DNA of 64,000 bases from a virus (lineage: Duplodnaviria > Caudoviricetes). The notes below the pieces were generated by a model that was given only the letters and a program-made list of their open reading frames with translations, was not told the origin of the DNA and did not search any database. Every line of letters starts with the position of its first letter. Position 1 is the first letter of the stretch. Shown in pieces: positions 10,801 through 19,529 of the stretch. The stretch spans positions 64,001-128,000 of IMG/VR virus record IMGVR_UViG_3300014204_000002; one strand, given 5' to 3'. The translations under genes were made by a program, and so were the position numbers.

Positions 10801-13103
10801 CCAGAGTTTAATGCATTAAGCCCCTTAGTTCCACCCCATTTATCTGCCTGATCTCTTCGAATTCCTAACTCGCCATTTGACACCCGGATTAAATTTTGTG
10901 CAGATCCACCTGATGCTCGCTTCGGAATTTTGAATCCTGTAAATTTCTTTTCGGGGATCATGCCATCGATGTATTTTCGACCAAGTTGGTTTAAATATCG
11001 ATCATCTGATAACCTACTGACTAATTTGCCACCTTCTGCGAAACCGTCACCTATGTTTCCGGGAGTCATGGTTTGCAAGTTTATTAATTGATTTGCGATC
11101 TCTGCACCGGGTGATAATTGTGGCTGTTGGTAGTGCACTAATCGAGCCATGCCCCTGAATGGATTAATTGCTCCGCCCCTCGCATAACCAAATGCTTTTC
11201 TCCATGCTCGCGTCGCCTGTAGAGTTTGTCTAATATGATTCTCGTTAATTTTTTCATTTCCAAAATATCCGCGAGTCTGTAAATATTTTAAATTGTTAAG
11301 GATGTGAGTTCTCTCATTTTTGTCCCATCCAGCACCAAATACAGAATTGTATTCATTTGCCCATCGATCAGGTTGGTTTTTATAATTTCTGTTAGATAAT
11401 GTTTCAAATAATGGTGTAACTGGAATTTGACCCGTCGCATACGCTCCCTTAACACGGTTTACCATGTCTGGATTTGTGTGCAGCCATTCATGCTTCAATG
11501 TTTCTGCAAGAACGTCTGTGTAATTACGGCCCTTCATGTTTGCAATCTTGTTAATTCCTGCGCTGTATAGAGTAATTCCTGATTTGTCGTATTTGCCAGT
11601 TACAATCCCGCCTTTCTTTTCGTAATGAGTCCCAAAATTTATATCGACGTTGTGTTTTCCTGTAAGTTCTTTAAAATCGTTATAAAATGGCCGAAGAGTA
11701 TCTAAAACCATGTCCCTGTGCATAATAGAATTCTTGCTGCCGGGACGAACCTTTCTACCAATAATACTTACTCTTATAGCATCGTCTATCGCAGATTCTT
11801 TTTTCCCGAAAACCGATTCACGGAGCCTCTGGATAAATCCACCACCTTCAAATGTTGGAACAGATCCGCCGGATTTGAAGGGCATTGGAATTCCGTGGGT
11901 CATGAAGCCTGATAGTGCAGAGGCTGATACACCTACGAGTCCTGCTGTGCCACCAATTCCTATTGCGGCGTCAAGGATTCTATTTTTATTGCGCTGGAAC
12001 CATGACTGTTGTGGCTGGGCTTTTCTGGTAATTGTTGGAGTCCCGGTAACTTTAGGTGTGACTTGTGCTTTGAGAGCGTCGAGGTAGCCTGTAGGAGGAG
12101 CCTGTATATTTTTCAGTGCATTACGCACATTTATTTCTCTAATGGCATCCTTGGCCTGCTGTTGCATCCTCGTGTTATATGTCATGGAGACCGGTGCTAC
12201 TTTTTGCTGCTTAACCGGTGATGTCGTTCTGTACGGAGCAAGCAATGAAGCAACATCATATCTGACTGGTTTTGCAATTTTTCTATAGGTCGGAAGTTGC
12301 CGTGCTACGGTATATTGCGGAGATTGCTTGCGCTGAACTCGCAGAGGGTTCCCAAATAAATTTTGCCGTGATATCGCACTTGATTCCTTTAGCATTGAAA
12401 AGAATGATGCTGAATTTATAACAGATCGGAATGTTGCAGCATCGCTTCCCTCACGACGCATTAACTCATCCGGCCTTGATGTAGTTGCTAATCCAGCACC
12501 CCTAATTACTCTCTTTGTCTGATTTCCAACTTGCCCGGTGCTATATCCGGGATCACTGAAAAATCCCTTTGGCACACGAGCCATGTTTATTGATTTCGAT
12601 GCTTCTATGATCTGCTGGGCTTTTTCAATTCCGATTTCCATGCTCATGTACGTAGTGCCACGACCTGCTGCCTCTGTAACGGCCTTTATTTGCTTGTAAT
12701 TAAGCCGATCTGTGTCAGGAGCAACCCGCTCTATAGCAGGTTTAATTTTCTCGTTATATGACGCAATAGTTTTGGCATCTCGACCTGTATAGCCCGCATT
12801 TTTGACTTCCGTTTCTGCTTTTGCGTAACTTTTAAGTATCTTTTCGAGCTTTGCAACATCTCCCCTTGAATAGTACATGGCCTGATCCGTGTGATGCTTC
12901 TCAAATCTGGAACTGATAGCATCGCGCTCTGTTGCGCTTAAATGAGACGATGATTTATCTCCGATTGAAGACTGCTGAATCATGGCATGTGCTAATTCTT
13001 TGTCAGAAACTGCCCCGTTTACAATACCGGCTATCTGTTCAGGAGTATAGCCCATCTGCTGAAAACGACGAAGAATCCGATCTACATTAGGGAAGTCAGA
13101 CAT
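4836..13103 (-). CDS. Tape measure protein (2755 aa) with embedded HExxH metallopeptidase-like segment
   Basis: Very long ORF after tail chaperones; Ala/Gly-rich amphipathic and hydrophobic central region; repeated (F/Y)AxGG motifs; KHEWLH at 11478-11495. Confidence 0.85.
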   Translation of the reverse strand: MSDFPNVDRILRRFQQMGYTPEQIAGIVNGAVSDKELAHAMIQQSSIGDKSSSHLSATERDAISSRFEKHHTDQAMYYSRGDVAKLEKILKSYAKAETEVKNAGYTGRDAKTIASYNEKIKPAIERVAPDTDRLNYKQIKAVTEAAGRGTTYMSMEIGIEKAQQIIEASKSINMARVPKGFFSDPGYSTGQVGNQTKRVIRGAGLATTSRPDELMRREGSDAATFRSVINSASFFSMLKESSAISRQNLFGNPLRVQRKQSPQYTVARQLPTYRKIAKPVRYDVASLLAPYRTTSPVKQQKVAPVSMTYNTRMQQQAKDAIREINVRNALKNIQAPPTGYLDALKAQVTPKVTGTPTITRKAQPQQSWFQRNKNRILDAAIGIGGTAGLVGVSASALSGFMTHGIPMPFKSGGSVPTFEGGGFIQRLRESVFGKKESAIDDAIRVSIIGRKVRPGSKNSIMHRDMVLDTLRPFYNDFKELTGKHNVDINFGTHYEKKGGIVTGKYDKSGITLYSAGINKIANMKGRNYTDVLAETLKHEWLHTNPDMVNRVKGAYATGQIPVTPLFETLSNRNYKNQPDRWANEYNSVFGAGWDKNERTHILNNLKYLQTRGYFGNEKINENHIRQTLQATRAWRKAFGYARGGAINPFRGMARLVHYQQPQLSPGAEIANQLINLQTMTPGNIGDGFAEGGKLVSRLSDDRYLNQLGRKYIDGMIPEKKFTGFKIPKRASGGSAQNLIRVSNGELGIRRDQADKWGGTKGLNALNSGGFHKWQQVTGGGTPSSYMFKGPGGGRDDLITLNAAQNPSTSMDDIIYIIKDSSSEDYLKHMNGGTVSALRGYANGGSIPGYKYGTPDGLGYSKRRNERYDAAEEKYAKDLEYYNTVTYPGYEARDDANLSKRRPPSLPPKEPQINPYIGGGREVTTSVNKNDPGKHPKYFSDAAGNPKLAESWYDDIVDFADPAGMYSAGLDTVKDYDALFQDPMNLYKGLLGKNEFKSIFTSVISPDKTISHKSKYAPHTQEEIDALKGDKSKQAVTTLRKMIAANKKSNKPVAATKADLSTFIKGSPGADILNVLNSKRDGEYIFGEMRDVLKHDPVEMLMANPTRYFNQRSGMMKSANKAAFERTYAPFTEEQIATSGRNAPRLQMANAASGKPVAADEDELYKVAPYSRELINSMKPVTAAFQKMQHVVGDALGKFAATGFKATGNMEGLVDEDNAARLAKFEKQKAKYIDNINKGYATNPLIGVNEEATYTKQEDQFAYRAAKERASQGYRTKPMGVVGGLTRIVAPYLRDYFGAQGNDEEIAQRMHEQSVNNPLARLFRQGKIPHLPSTGNIRAGINAFSTGFLNEQIDKKDVYTGKASFGLTTGIKNIEILSGEKTQADLNEALYKNSQAIKGKQGGIEADLKDYVVRETDVFGIGKLDAESMVNTKFVDSWETGADGFIESTTAMETNLGEFREKLKEFGMGAKEVDTFFLNYQKKVDETLAKYETGATSTGKKSTVDVQRQGIWETGWMKASKVTQGLSWKAASISMSSMGVYFSLSGVMMQLQGALNQVMGSLSDLNTVFQNVGYVSAFAGGMGKVTDILKKFEVSQNDLVKGWQNVQGVQATFGLSMSALAARIFTTKDFSDGLNAAIGELFNQLADKDMLATFVTLITSAANAMPALVDAIKMIAPLLEFIGKNQWLITMAAQIMAITMLVQPLTSGISLFMGAFGTGAEIMAMLNGISAGFTAIGMTSTAALVSILPLIALAVVGLEALGAAVEALGGEKIRIAGFSIRASDWMFGQGIETYKPEVPGMYTGGVVPVPSRDMVPGSPDDTIAALQSGETVLPKGYKMPHYATGTIAAGPLMPSMLKPFDAQAANENRALQDPLSKSMAFNMTTSKVLGDAKNGNAINVVVQNMPANWGAQKEDKGFFDNIPWPDIGSLFPSKLYGLGPATIPTPVSTTPSPPTTPTATPQQLRDMQSALTQTMTPSHTPTPSPTTIVELLVAAVQNATGLITTGLMSAFDAIYIALGKAATTIGDITVTISDLGPTISTVISSIKSGAGSASTTIKSDLGQIVSGITHPVDTAKAGISAMTGALKGGAGYNTQELWAQHGGYRNYGDIKDYGNQQTKRNAGFMDWFTTGGYNKQNVPGPTGSVSIPAKSFDTFKKDFFAAYSPIAQQNKKLVGTPNEIDNYAESLFLESNLRKEHLGSNIDAHGIAKGTLSNQLGSLDNLINNGVDTTKRFHTTSLIDYNGAGAGTGAAGGAYTHGAFTLLSKPGDSLVDKSGKTNIGAVLVNREQEKLISQLREQYKGTNFITHDQVADYNKGSLDLSTVSIPKISPGQKSMTGRKIYTPWEKFIPDKADWLQPATAAVSSNGNPYDTALGVASMHIGNLVTGVAGDAVQRAALSAPAAISKVIGEGTVRNAASVVAGKGLAGVGTAAGRAMQLSGTAPVVMGTGLLTAGKTSDDYFSGKYSAEAIKKGAGKNEFAGLVDSGLFSAAFGKGMQVWGGMSGKEDTRMIADMNKSGILDIGLSGLWNTALGKENVEGFGTKLKGGNTAVSDMLRSNLNYGIGEEVPLVGGLNLGGSLADANSGIYDMIEQLANLDVGNIFGFGTSMVGLGATGVDLAKNTAGAIAENPYTAAQLALTAGTPGGFGALLAPLLMPQTTTSLDNASAQAAIQPLTDLPTSLGSFDTAIQTSTANLNNNLPTNETPNDGFVTSSNQITLNFTINGGEKSENAQAIVAQLKAVLPDLLKQYNVNTSSKS

Positions 13104-13153
13104 GGATGTCTATTTAAATATTACGTTATATAAATGAATAGAAGCAGGATAAA

Positions 13154-13225
13154 TTTATATGTGGAAAAACACAACTAAATGATGCACAAGTAATAAGGCG
13201 AGAGATTTTCTCTTTCGTTTTGTTA
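13154..13225 (+). ncRNA. Dispersed promoter-hairpin element, copy 1 (putative small RNA)
   Basis: TTTATATG-N7-ACACAACTAAATGATGC then hairpin TAATAAGGCGA/TCGTTTTGTTA with G-U pairs. Confidence 0.6.
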
Positions 13226-13269
13226 TGCAGCAAAACTTTTGTAATCGTTAACCGGGGCAAAATAGAGGT

Positions 13270-13458
13270 TTAGTAATATCGCGATCTGGCTATCACAAGA
13301 TTGTCAATTAGATTGATTATAGACCCGATTTGTTGAACTGTTGCGTTATATGTTCCTGTGCCAATAACTGACGAGTTTAATTCTTTGAGTAAGATATCTA
13401 AATGATTTTGCAATGATTCAATTTCAGAATAAAATTGTGAACCTACTTTGTCTTCCAT
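13270..13458 (-). CDS. Hypothetical protein (62 aa)
   Basis: ORF track; ATG start; helical composition. Confidence 0.5.
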   Translation of the reverse strand: MEDKVGSQFYSEIESLQNHLDILLKELNSSVIGTGTYNATVQQIGSIINLIDNLVIARSRYY

Positions 13459-13489
13459 GTATAGTAGTTAACTTCAGAGGATAAAAATG

Positions 13490-13745
13490 TTAGTGTGAGC
13501 GTTGGCCGCTTAACATCGGTGAGTAGATTTCGTTCCAAAAGTGCATAGACATGTCGAGATCGAACATAATGGTGTCTATCCAGTTTGGATCGTCAAAGAT
13601 TTCGTGGAGCGCCTTATGAGTGATAAAACAATGAATGCCGAGGACTTTACGCCATCTCGCATCATCGTCAAGATCGCCATCGGGGTCGATTTTACACGGG
13701 CCTTTGTAGTCGATAATTGGCGCGTTTTCAGGCAACAAGCCGAAA
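13490..13745 (-). CDS. Tail assembly chaperone C-terminal (GT) frame, probably reached by +1 frameshift
   Basis: Overlaps end of 13728..14105 in the +1 frame; only a TTG start with no RBS; TTT CGG at 13745-13740; lies between tail tube and tape measure. Confidence 0.65.
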
Positions 13746-14105
13746 CAAGTCCTTGCGCACGTTCATTGTATTGAACGAGGCTAAGAATAACACCCATTGA
13801 TCTTCTCCGGGCACGTCTTCGTACTTGTGGGATACGAGAATTTCTGGCAGCACTTCATCGAGCCACTGGACAAATACTTCCTGCATTCGCTCCTGATCGG
13901 CTGGCGAGGCATCTCCGGTTACGTCATCAACGGACTTTGGCATGGCCTTCGTTAAAAGCCTAAAATGCAATGCACCGAGTTTGCCCGTGGGCTTGGACAA
14001 TTCGTAGATTTGATTTGCCGTCTCAATTCTGATGCTCCTAGCCTTTGGATCGGGCTTAAAAACTGGCTCGTCTTCTGTTACAGGTAGTGCTTTCTTGGCA
14101 ACCAT
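13728..14105 (-). CDS. Tail assembly chaperone (G-like)
   Basis: Canonical position between tail tube and tape measure; own TATA promoter. Confidence 0.7.
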   Translation of the reverse strand: MVAKKALPVTEDEPVFKPDPKARSIRIETANQIYELSKPTGKLGALHFRLLTKAMPKSVDDVTGDASPADQERMQEVFVQWLDEVLPEILVSHKYEDVPGEDQWVLFLASFNTMNVRKDLFRLVA

Positions 14106-14155
14106 ATGTTAATATATAGTTATTAACCTGTATATAAAGATAAAAATAGGGTGGT

Positions 14156-15034
14156 TTATGCGAAGACTATCATAGTAGCCGTTGTATTGGTTGTAGAGTT
14201 GACTTCTGCTCGCCAGTTTATGGTTTTGTCGAAGCGGGCGCGGCCTTGTGCAGATGCGGATCCTGATTCTATTTTGACATTCGTGATCGTTATCGTGGCG
14301 ATGAGAACTGCAGGATCAGAACATGTTGCACCGGGAGTATTCAATGTCAGGGTAATGGTTCCAATATCACCGCAATCTCCTGCTGCTTTTTGGAGTCCGA
14401 GCCATTCTGATGAGGCCAGCGTCAATGTGCCACTTAAACTGCCGTTTCCACTTTGTAGGATATCGTATAGTTGTTTAGTGCCGATCACGTAATAGTCCTG
14501 ATCGATCGGAATCTGGCCGTTGATAGTAATTGCTGAAAACTTTATGCCTGCGTCCGGACAACTGATTTGGGACACTGATGCGATTGGAATTGGATCGGCG
14601 TAACTCGTCGGGCTTGTTACACCTGTTATTGCGGCAACAGTTCCAACTTTGCAGGAGACGAAGTTGTATTTGACCTTCGCGTAGTCTTTTACAGTTAGGG
14701 ATAATTCGAACGAGTTTATGGCAGTGCTTGCAAAAGAGAGGCCGTTTGTCTCATCTCCGATAACGATGGTATTGTATGGTAAGGCTGCGAGAGTTCCGCA
14801 CATAACGTCCATGACATCGGTGATTGCGTATTTTACAACGTCTATATTACGGAGGGCGCCGTCAAACGAGCCGGTATTTATAACGCCGCCATCATAGATT
14901 TTTGCTTCGCCTGCAGAACCAAAAGATTGTTCAGTGATTAAACTACGTGTGGGATTGATAGACGCGCCAGTAACCGGGACATACGCTACTGTGCCACCCG
15001 ATCGAGATATTGATACACCACGAAATGTCGCCAT
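14156..15034 (-). CDS. Tail tube protein paralogue 2
   Basis: Alignable to 15072..16217 (SFDGALR/SFEAAFR; DQDYYVIG/DQDYFFIG; QGRARFDKTINWRA/QGRNQFEKTVTWKA); GGAG RBS. Confidence 0.7.
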   Translation of the reverse strand: MATFRGVSISRSGGTVAYVPVTGASINPTRSLITEQSFGSAGEAKIYDGGVINTGSFDGALRNIDVVKYAITDVMDVMCGTLAALPYNTIVIGDETNGLSFASTAINSFELSLTVKDYAKVKYNFVSCKVGTVAAITGVTSPTSYADPIPIASVSQISCPDAGIKFSAITINGQIPIDQDYYVIGTKQLYDILQSGNGSLSGTLTLASSEWLGLQKAAGDCGDIGTITLTLNTPGATCSDPAVLIATITITNVKIESGSASAQGRARFDKTINWRAEVNSTTNTTATMIVFA

Positions 15035-15071
15035 AGTTTAGTCTCCTATACTCTCCTCAAAAAGGAGAAGT

Positions 15072-16217
15072 TTAGTTGTTATAGACCTCGATAGTAAATT
15101 TATCGGTGTCGTTAATCTGTGCCTTCCATGTGACGGTCTTTTCGAACTGATTACGGCCCTGAACTGAACGGCTCATTTCAGTTAACTTTGCAACATCACA
15201 GGTAATCTTACCAGATTCTTTGGTGCCATCTGGCGCGTGGAGAATGACTTCGAATTTACCTGCGGGCACCGCATTCGTGAGCACGGTTCCGGTTGCTGCG
15301 TCTCCGAAGAACTCCTGATTGGTTTCATCGAGCACATTGCCGTTTGTTGCTCCCGTAGTCTTACCAACGAGCATGGTTCTGATACGCTGCCAGTCACCTG
15401 CCCCGAGAGTAATCTGACCACCGAGATCGGTAAGCCCATTGTAGTAAAGCCCCTGTAAGAATTCTGAACCAATGAAGAAGTAATCCTGATCCATGGTTCG
15501 TGCAAGCGTCATCGTGAACGCCTTACATTTCAGCGTCTCGGCAGATCCGCCTTCTGGAGTCCACTTTAATACTGCATTGTAGAAAATTGCCGGTTCTCCA
15601 TTGATCGTGTTGTTTGCAGAATTGTAACCAACGTCAAATACCTCGGCACGCCGTGCAATCCACTGGAAAGTAGATTTTGCGTATTCCTTGACGTTCAGAT
15701 TGATTTCAAAGTTCGTGATACCGACACCACGATAGATCGTAGTAGAACCGTGAACATCATTAGATCCGGTCGTATCAGTTGCCTGTTCATCAATTACTTT
15801 CAGTGCAAGAGGCATTGCTTCCATTGCCAGAATGTACTTGAGCCCGGCACCGTGTGCAGTGTTAGATGCTACAACCTCTGGCGTCTGATTTCCTAATGCT
15901 CCAAGTAAAAGACCTGAAGTTGCGAAATCCCATCCTCTGAATGCTGCTTCGAACGAGCCGCTTGACGAGTAAGTACCCGCGTATACGGTCGCTGCAGCCA
16001 CCTGATCAATAGACTCTTCAATAACGGAATTACGATTTGCGGCATCACTGAAGGAATTAACACGGATTGTCTTAAATGCATTCGTATGAGTCGCCCCACT
16101 TGAATATGTAATCCAATCGCTAGATGTGTTATATCCCGGAGCAATGACGTAGTCGTCTATTTCATCGGCATCATACGCCGATATGTCCGTGGTGATCGCT
16201 AATTCTCTTGTCGTCAA
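15072..16217 (-). CDS. Major tail tube protein
   Basis: Position after tail terminator; beta-rich; AGGTGA RBS before TTG start; paralogue downstream. Confidence 0.7.
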   Translation of the reverse strand: MTTRELAITTDISAYDADEIDDYVIAPGYNTSSDWITYSSGATHTNAFKTIRVNSFSDAANRNSVIEESIDQVAAATVYAGTYSSSGSFEAAFRGWDFATSGLLLGALGNQTPEVVASNTAHGAGLKYILAMEAMPLALKVIDEQATDTTGSNDVHGSTTIYRGVGITNFEINLNVKEYAKSTFQWIARRAEVFDVGYNSANNTINGEPAIFYNAVLKWTPEGGSAETLKCKAFTMTLARTMDQDYFFIGSEFLQGLYYNGLTDLGGQITLGAGDWQRIRTMLVGKTTGATNGNVLDETNQEFFGDAATGTVLTNAVPAGKFEVILHAPDGTKESGKITCDVAKLTEMSRSVQGRNQFEKTVTWKAQINDTDKFTIEVYNN

Positions 16218-16312
16218 TTCGTTTCACCTTTATATATTTTGTTTATTTTAATAATCGTAGATCTTGCAGATTCACTCGATCATGTATTTCCAGTTACCTT
16301 TATATAAGATAA

Positions 16313-16732
16313 TTATGGCTGTGCGTTGTCAGGATCTGATATGTCCATCCAGTCGTTTTCGAATTTATAACAACAGGACATTTCTACTTGCGTTGTAGTG
16401 CCGAGTGGCGGTGCGTGGACTGGGCCAAACATGAACGAGGTGCAATTTGGGGCTTCTGACTCCTCGACGTACTTCGTTACAAATGACAGGATGTTGCTAA
16501 TTTTGTACGGGACTTCGTTATTGTCGTTTACGTTGAATATAATTTTGAGCCAGACAAGATCCCAATATGATTCCTGTGTTTCTACGCTGTTGTCAAAACT
16601 GTTGTAGACGACGCTACATTCGTTTTCATTGAGTTCGTTTGTGTAATTACTGTTCGTTGTATAGTTGAGTTTGCGCATGGCTTCCTCAACATAATACTTT
16701 ACGTCCTTGCGACGTGCTTTATATACTGCCAT
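16313..16732 (-). CDS. Tail terminator / tail completion protein
   Basis: 139 aa, synteny between neck and tail tube. Confidence 0.5.
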   Translation of the reverse strand: MAVYKARRKDVKYYVEEAMRKLNYTTNSNYTNELNENECSVVYNSFDNSVETQESYWDLVWLKIIFNVNDNNEVPYKISNILSFVTKYVEESEAPNCTSFMFGPVHAPPLGTTTQVEMSCCYKFENDWMDISDPDNAQP

Positions 16733-17772
16733 TAAATGTCTCCAAATTCTTTAAATGGGTTAAACGGGCCATATTTGTTACGATAAACCTGTGGATCACG
16801 TTTTACTGTGCCATATCCTGATATATCACGGTGTTTATCGTAGGGAGAGTCGGGTGTAACTGGCCCAGTTTTAGATTTACGGGATTTGCGTGTGGCTTCG
16901 TCCTTCGTGATATTCTTTTCTTTTTTAGATCCGGAACGAACCTTGGCGAGATCTGACTGTTGTAATATGCCCATTTTGGCAATCATGTCCATTACCCGCT
17001 TGTGCAACCGAGCATTTGTTGCTTCTACCTTTAATTGGAAATATGCCTGCCATCGGAGCCAGTACGATTGCTTAATTCCACGCCATTTTTGATTTCGCAT
17101 CTTAATACGGCGATCAAGTTCCGGGATATATGGGTGTCCGGATCTGACTCTGGCCCCGTGCATTAGAACATTAACATAATCGATTTTGCCACCAGTTGAA
17201 GAATAGCACGGCTTTACAAATAACAGGCATCCATCGGCAGTGATATCAGTAACCGATAGTGACCGACGAAGTTGCCCAGTATGCATTCTACCGGGAAATT
17301 GTCGCCTATTTTGAGTGTATTTTTTCTCTATGGCTTTTCCTTTGGTGCGATAGAGGTATTTTTCGTCTCCTATGAATGGGCCGCTCATTTGGTGGGGCCT
17401 GAATGCCTTGTTTCTGCGACGAAATCGTCCACTTTGACGTGCAAATTTTTTGGGCCTCGCGTTTTTTGCGTAACCGGATTTTCGAAAATACATACCATAG
17501 GCACGTCGATTAAAGTATTCAGGAACGCCTATGTACCAATCGTGCTGTAATTTGCGGGCTTCTGCAACAATCAACTCTTTAATTTTTAACGAGACCATAT
17601 TTGCATAATCGAGTTGAAGCGCCTGTGATGCCGGGATTCTGGCCTTTGTGTTAAACCACATGCCATTTTGCATCTTAAAAGAATTGAAGCCCTTACGCTT
17701 TTCCTGCGTAAAAGGAACCAAGTCTTCTGACACGACAAGATAAAACGATCGTGTTGCGGTTGGTTTGCTCAT
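16732..17772 (-). CDS. Neck / tail-completion protein, highly basic
   Basis: HTGQLRRSL...DYVNVLMHG resembles the HK97-gp10-like (TG.LR.S...Y...G) family; synteny. Confidence 0.5.
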   Translation of the reverse strand: MSKPTATRSFYLVVSEDLVPFTQEKRKGFNSFKMQNGMWFNTKARIPASQALQLDYANMVSLKIKELIVAEARKLQHDWYIGVPEYFNRRAYGMYFRKSGYAKNARPKKFARQSGRFRRRNKAFRPHQMSGPFIGDEKYLYRTKGKAIEKKYTQNRRQFPGRMHTGQLRRSLSVTDITADGCLLFVKPCYSSTGGKIDYVNVLMHGARVRSGHPYIPELDRRIKMRNQKWRGIKQSYWLRWQAYFQLKVEATNARLHKRVMDMIAKMGILQQSDLAKVRSGSKKEKNITKDEATRKSRKSKTGPVTPDSPYDKHRDISGYGTVKRDPQVYRNKYGPFNPFKEFGDI

Positions 17773-18179
17773 GACTCAATGAGGGTCGGGCTCATGATGC
17801 CGTCAACCGGCGTTCCAAGGGCATTGATGTTCAGTGACAGATCATTGTTCAATGGCACTTGTGTGATATACGATAAACAATTATATGCCTGCATCAACAG
17901 CGTCTGAAGCAACATCGGGGCACTTTCCGGCAGTGTTCCAAGGCGTCTTTCTGAAAGCGTCGTGTAATTTTTGTAACTAATATAGGCACCAAGTCGAATG
18001 GTGCAACGTCGCACATATCGCATTTCGAGGTCGTCTGCCGCAATCATACACACGAAGTCCAATGCATCTTCTAAATCGTTGACGATTAATTCGTCGTCTA
18101 TAATATCGAATCCCGGATCGCCTATCGACTGCCTCACTGGTTTTGTCAGGCTATCTAAATTTAAATCGTAATCTGCCAT
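17769..18179 (-). CDS. Head-tail adaptor protein
   Basis: VRQSIGD...IIDDELI pattern of adaptor proteins; ATG at 18179, 30 nt after TTTATATA. Confidence 0.6.
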   Translation of the reverse strand: MADYDLNLDSLTKPVRQSIGDPGFDIIDDELIVNDLEDALDFVCMIAADDLEMRYVRRCTIRLGAYISYKNYTTLSERRLGTLPESAPMLLQTLLMQAYNCLSYITQVPLNNDLSLNINALGTPVDGIMSPTLIES

Positions 18180-18217
18180 GTAAAGCAATGGTGATTTACA
18201 GTATATAAAAAAGAGAG

Positions 18218-19399
18218 TTATGTATATTTGTGGATGATTTGCTTTGCTACAAAGTGTTTTCTATTCATATAAATCGTTGCATCAGTATAAAGCCACTTTA
18301 AAACTTTACCTGTGTTAAATCCTCCCTGAACCAATAATACATATGTGTTTTTATCGTTGTTTTTATCTTGTTTATGAATATGTACGGATGTATCAGGAAC
18401 ATGCTTTTCAATTATTTTTTTAATTCCTGTCATTGCTTCAAATGTGCCAACTATAGAAGCATTATGTTTATAATTTTGTGGTGAGTTTTCATTTCGTTTA
18501 TCTTTACGCTTGTAAATTGATACATGCCCATCACCATCAAACCAACCTCGTATACAATGTCTCTGAATATATTCAGGAGCATCAATTATTACTTGTGGAA
18601 ATTGCAATATAAGCGATTTTGCCGGAACCATTCCATATGAAACAAGTGTATCTTTCATGTGCTGACTGTACATGACTAAATTATATTGCGGTTTTGCATT
18701 TTCATAACCACTACTATCTTTTAAATATAACGGTCTATCATTTGAAACAAATGAATTTAATTGCTCCACAAGATAGCCATCATCTTCTTTTAGTGCGAGT
18801 GAAATTGATGGCTGATCTTTTGCTACATTTCCATCAGCATAAAGCATCCCGAGAAAATATGCCTTTTCTTCAGTGTCAATATTATCAAAGAAATCTTCAG
18901 TTATCTGATATTGATTTTCTTTAGTTGGGCGTGTAACTTCTCCATTTCTACGTAAGATACTAAGGATCGTTGTATCATCAACTTCATATAAATGACTAAG
19001 TTCTCGCATTGTAGCACCGTTTCTATACAATTTACATACTCTCGCTTCTAATCTATCTCCCAGTTTACGCTTTCCTCCAACTGGATCTATTTTAACATCA
19101 TTTTTATGCAGTGTTCTATTAATTAATCCATAATCAAGTCCGAGTATGGCTGCAGTTTTTTCCATAGATCGTGTTTCTTCATATGTCTTGATTACAAGAT
19201 CTACATCAATTGGTTTACATCCAGTATTGTTATTATACCACTCTCTACGTTTAATGCCAGAATTAACTACAATTGTTCGTGCAGTAGTCGATCCAATACC
19301 AAACATTTCACCAAGTTCTCTATATGATAAACCAGATATGTAATGCTCAACTAGTTGACTTTTCTGTTCATTGGTTAGTAATATACTTCCCATGATCAT
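18218..19399 (-). CDS. Free-standing LAGLIDADG homing endonuclease with N-terminal HTH repeats
   Basis: AYFLGMLYADG and CIRGWFDGDG motifs; three HTH-like repeats; AT-richer than flanks; inserted just after the capsid gene. Confidence 0.85.
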   Translation of the reverse strand: MIMGSILLTNEQKSQLVEHYISGLSYRELGEMFGIGSTTARTIVVNSGIKRREWYNNNTGCKPIDVDLVIKTYEETRSMEKTAAILGLDYGLINRTLHKNDVKIDPVGGKRKLGDRLEARVCKLYRNGATMRELSHLYEVDDTTILSILRRNGEVTRPTKENQYQITEDFFDNIDTEEKAYFLGMLYADGNVAKDQPSISLALKEDDGYLVEQLNSFVSNDRPLYLKDSSGYENAKPQYNLVMYSQHMKDTLVSYGMVPAKSLILQFPQVIIDAPEYIQRHCIRGWFDGDGHVSIYKRKDKRNENSPQNYKHNASIVGTFEAMTGIKKIIEKHVPDTSVHIHKQDKNNDKNTYVLLVQGGFNTGKVLKWLYTDATIYMNRKHFVAKQIIHKYT

Positions 19400-19529
19400 A
19401 TATTGGCTATTAAACTATTTGTAATTTGTGGCATATAGAAAAATAGAATCAAAAACTATGTAAAACAGACAATTTTTAAAAATGAGAAAATTAGAGATAT
19501 TTTGTGGTATAATCAATTTTGTTAATTGA

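Noticed and set aside
5039-12221. Many + strand ORFs inside the tape measure and other structural genes
   Set aside because: Antisense shadows of long minus-strand genes with no motifs or RBS
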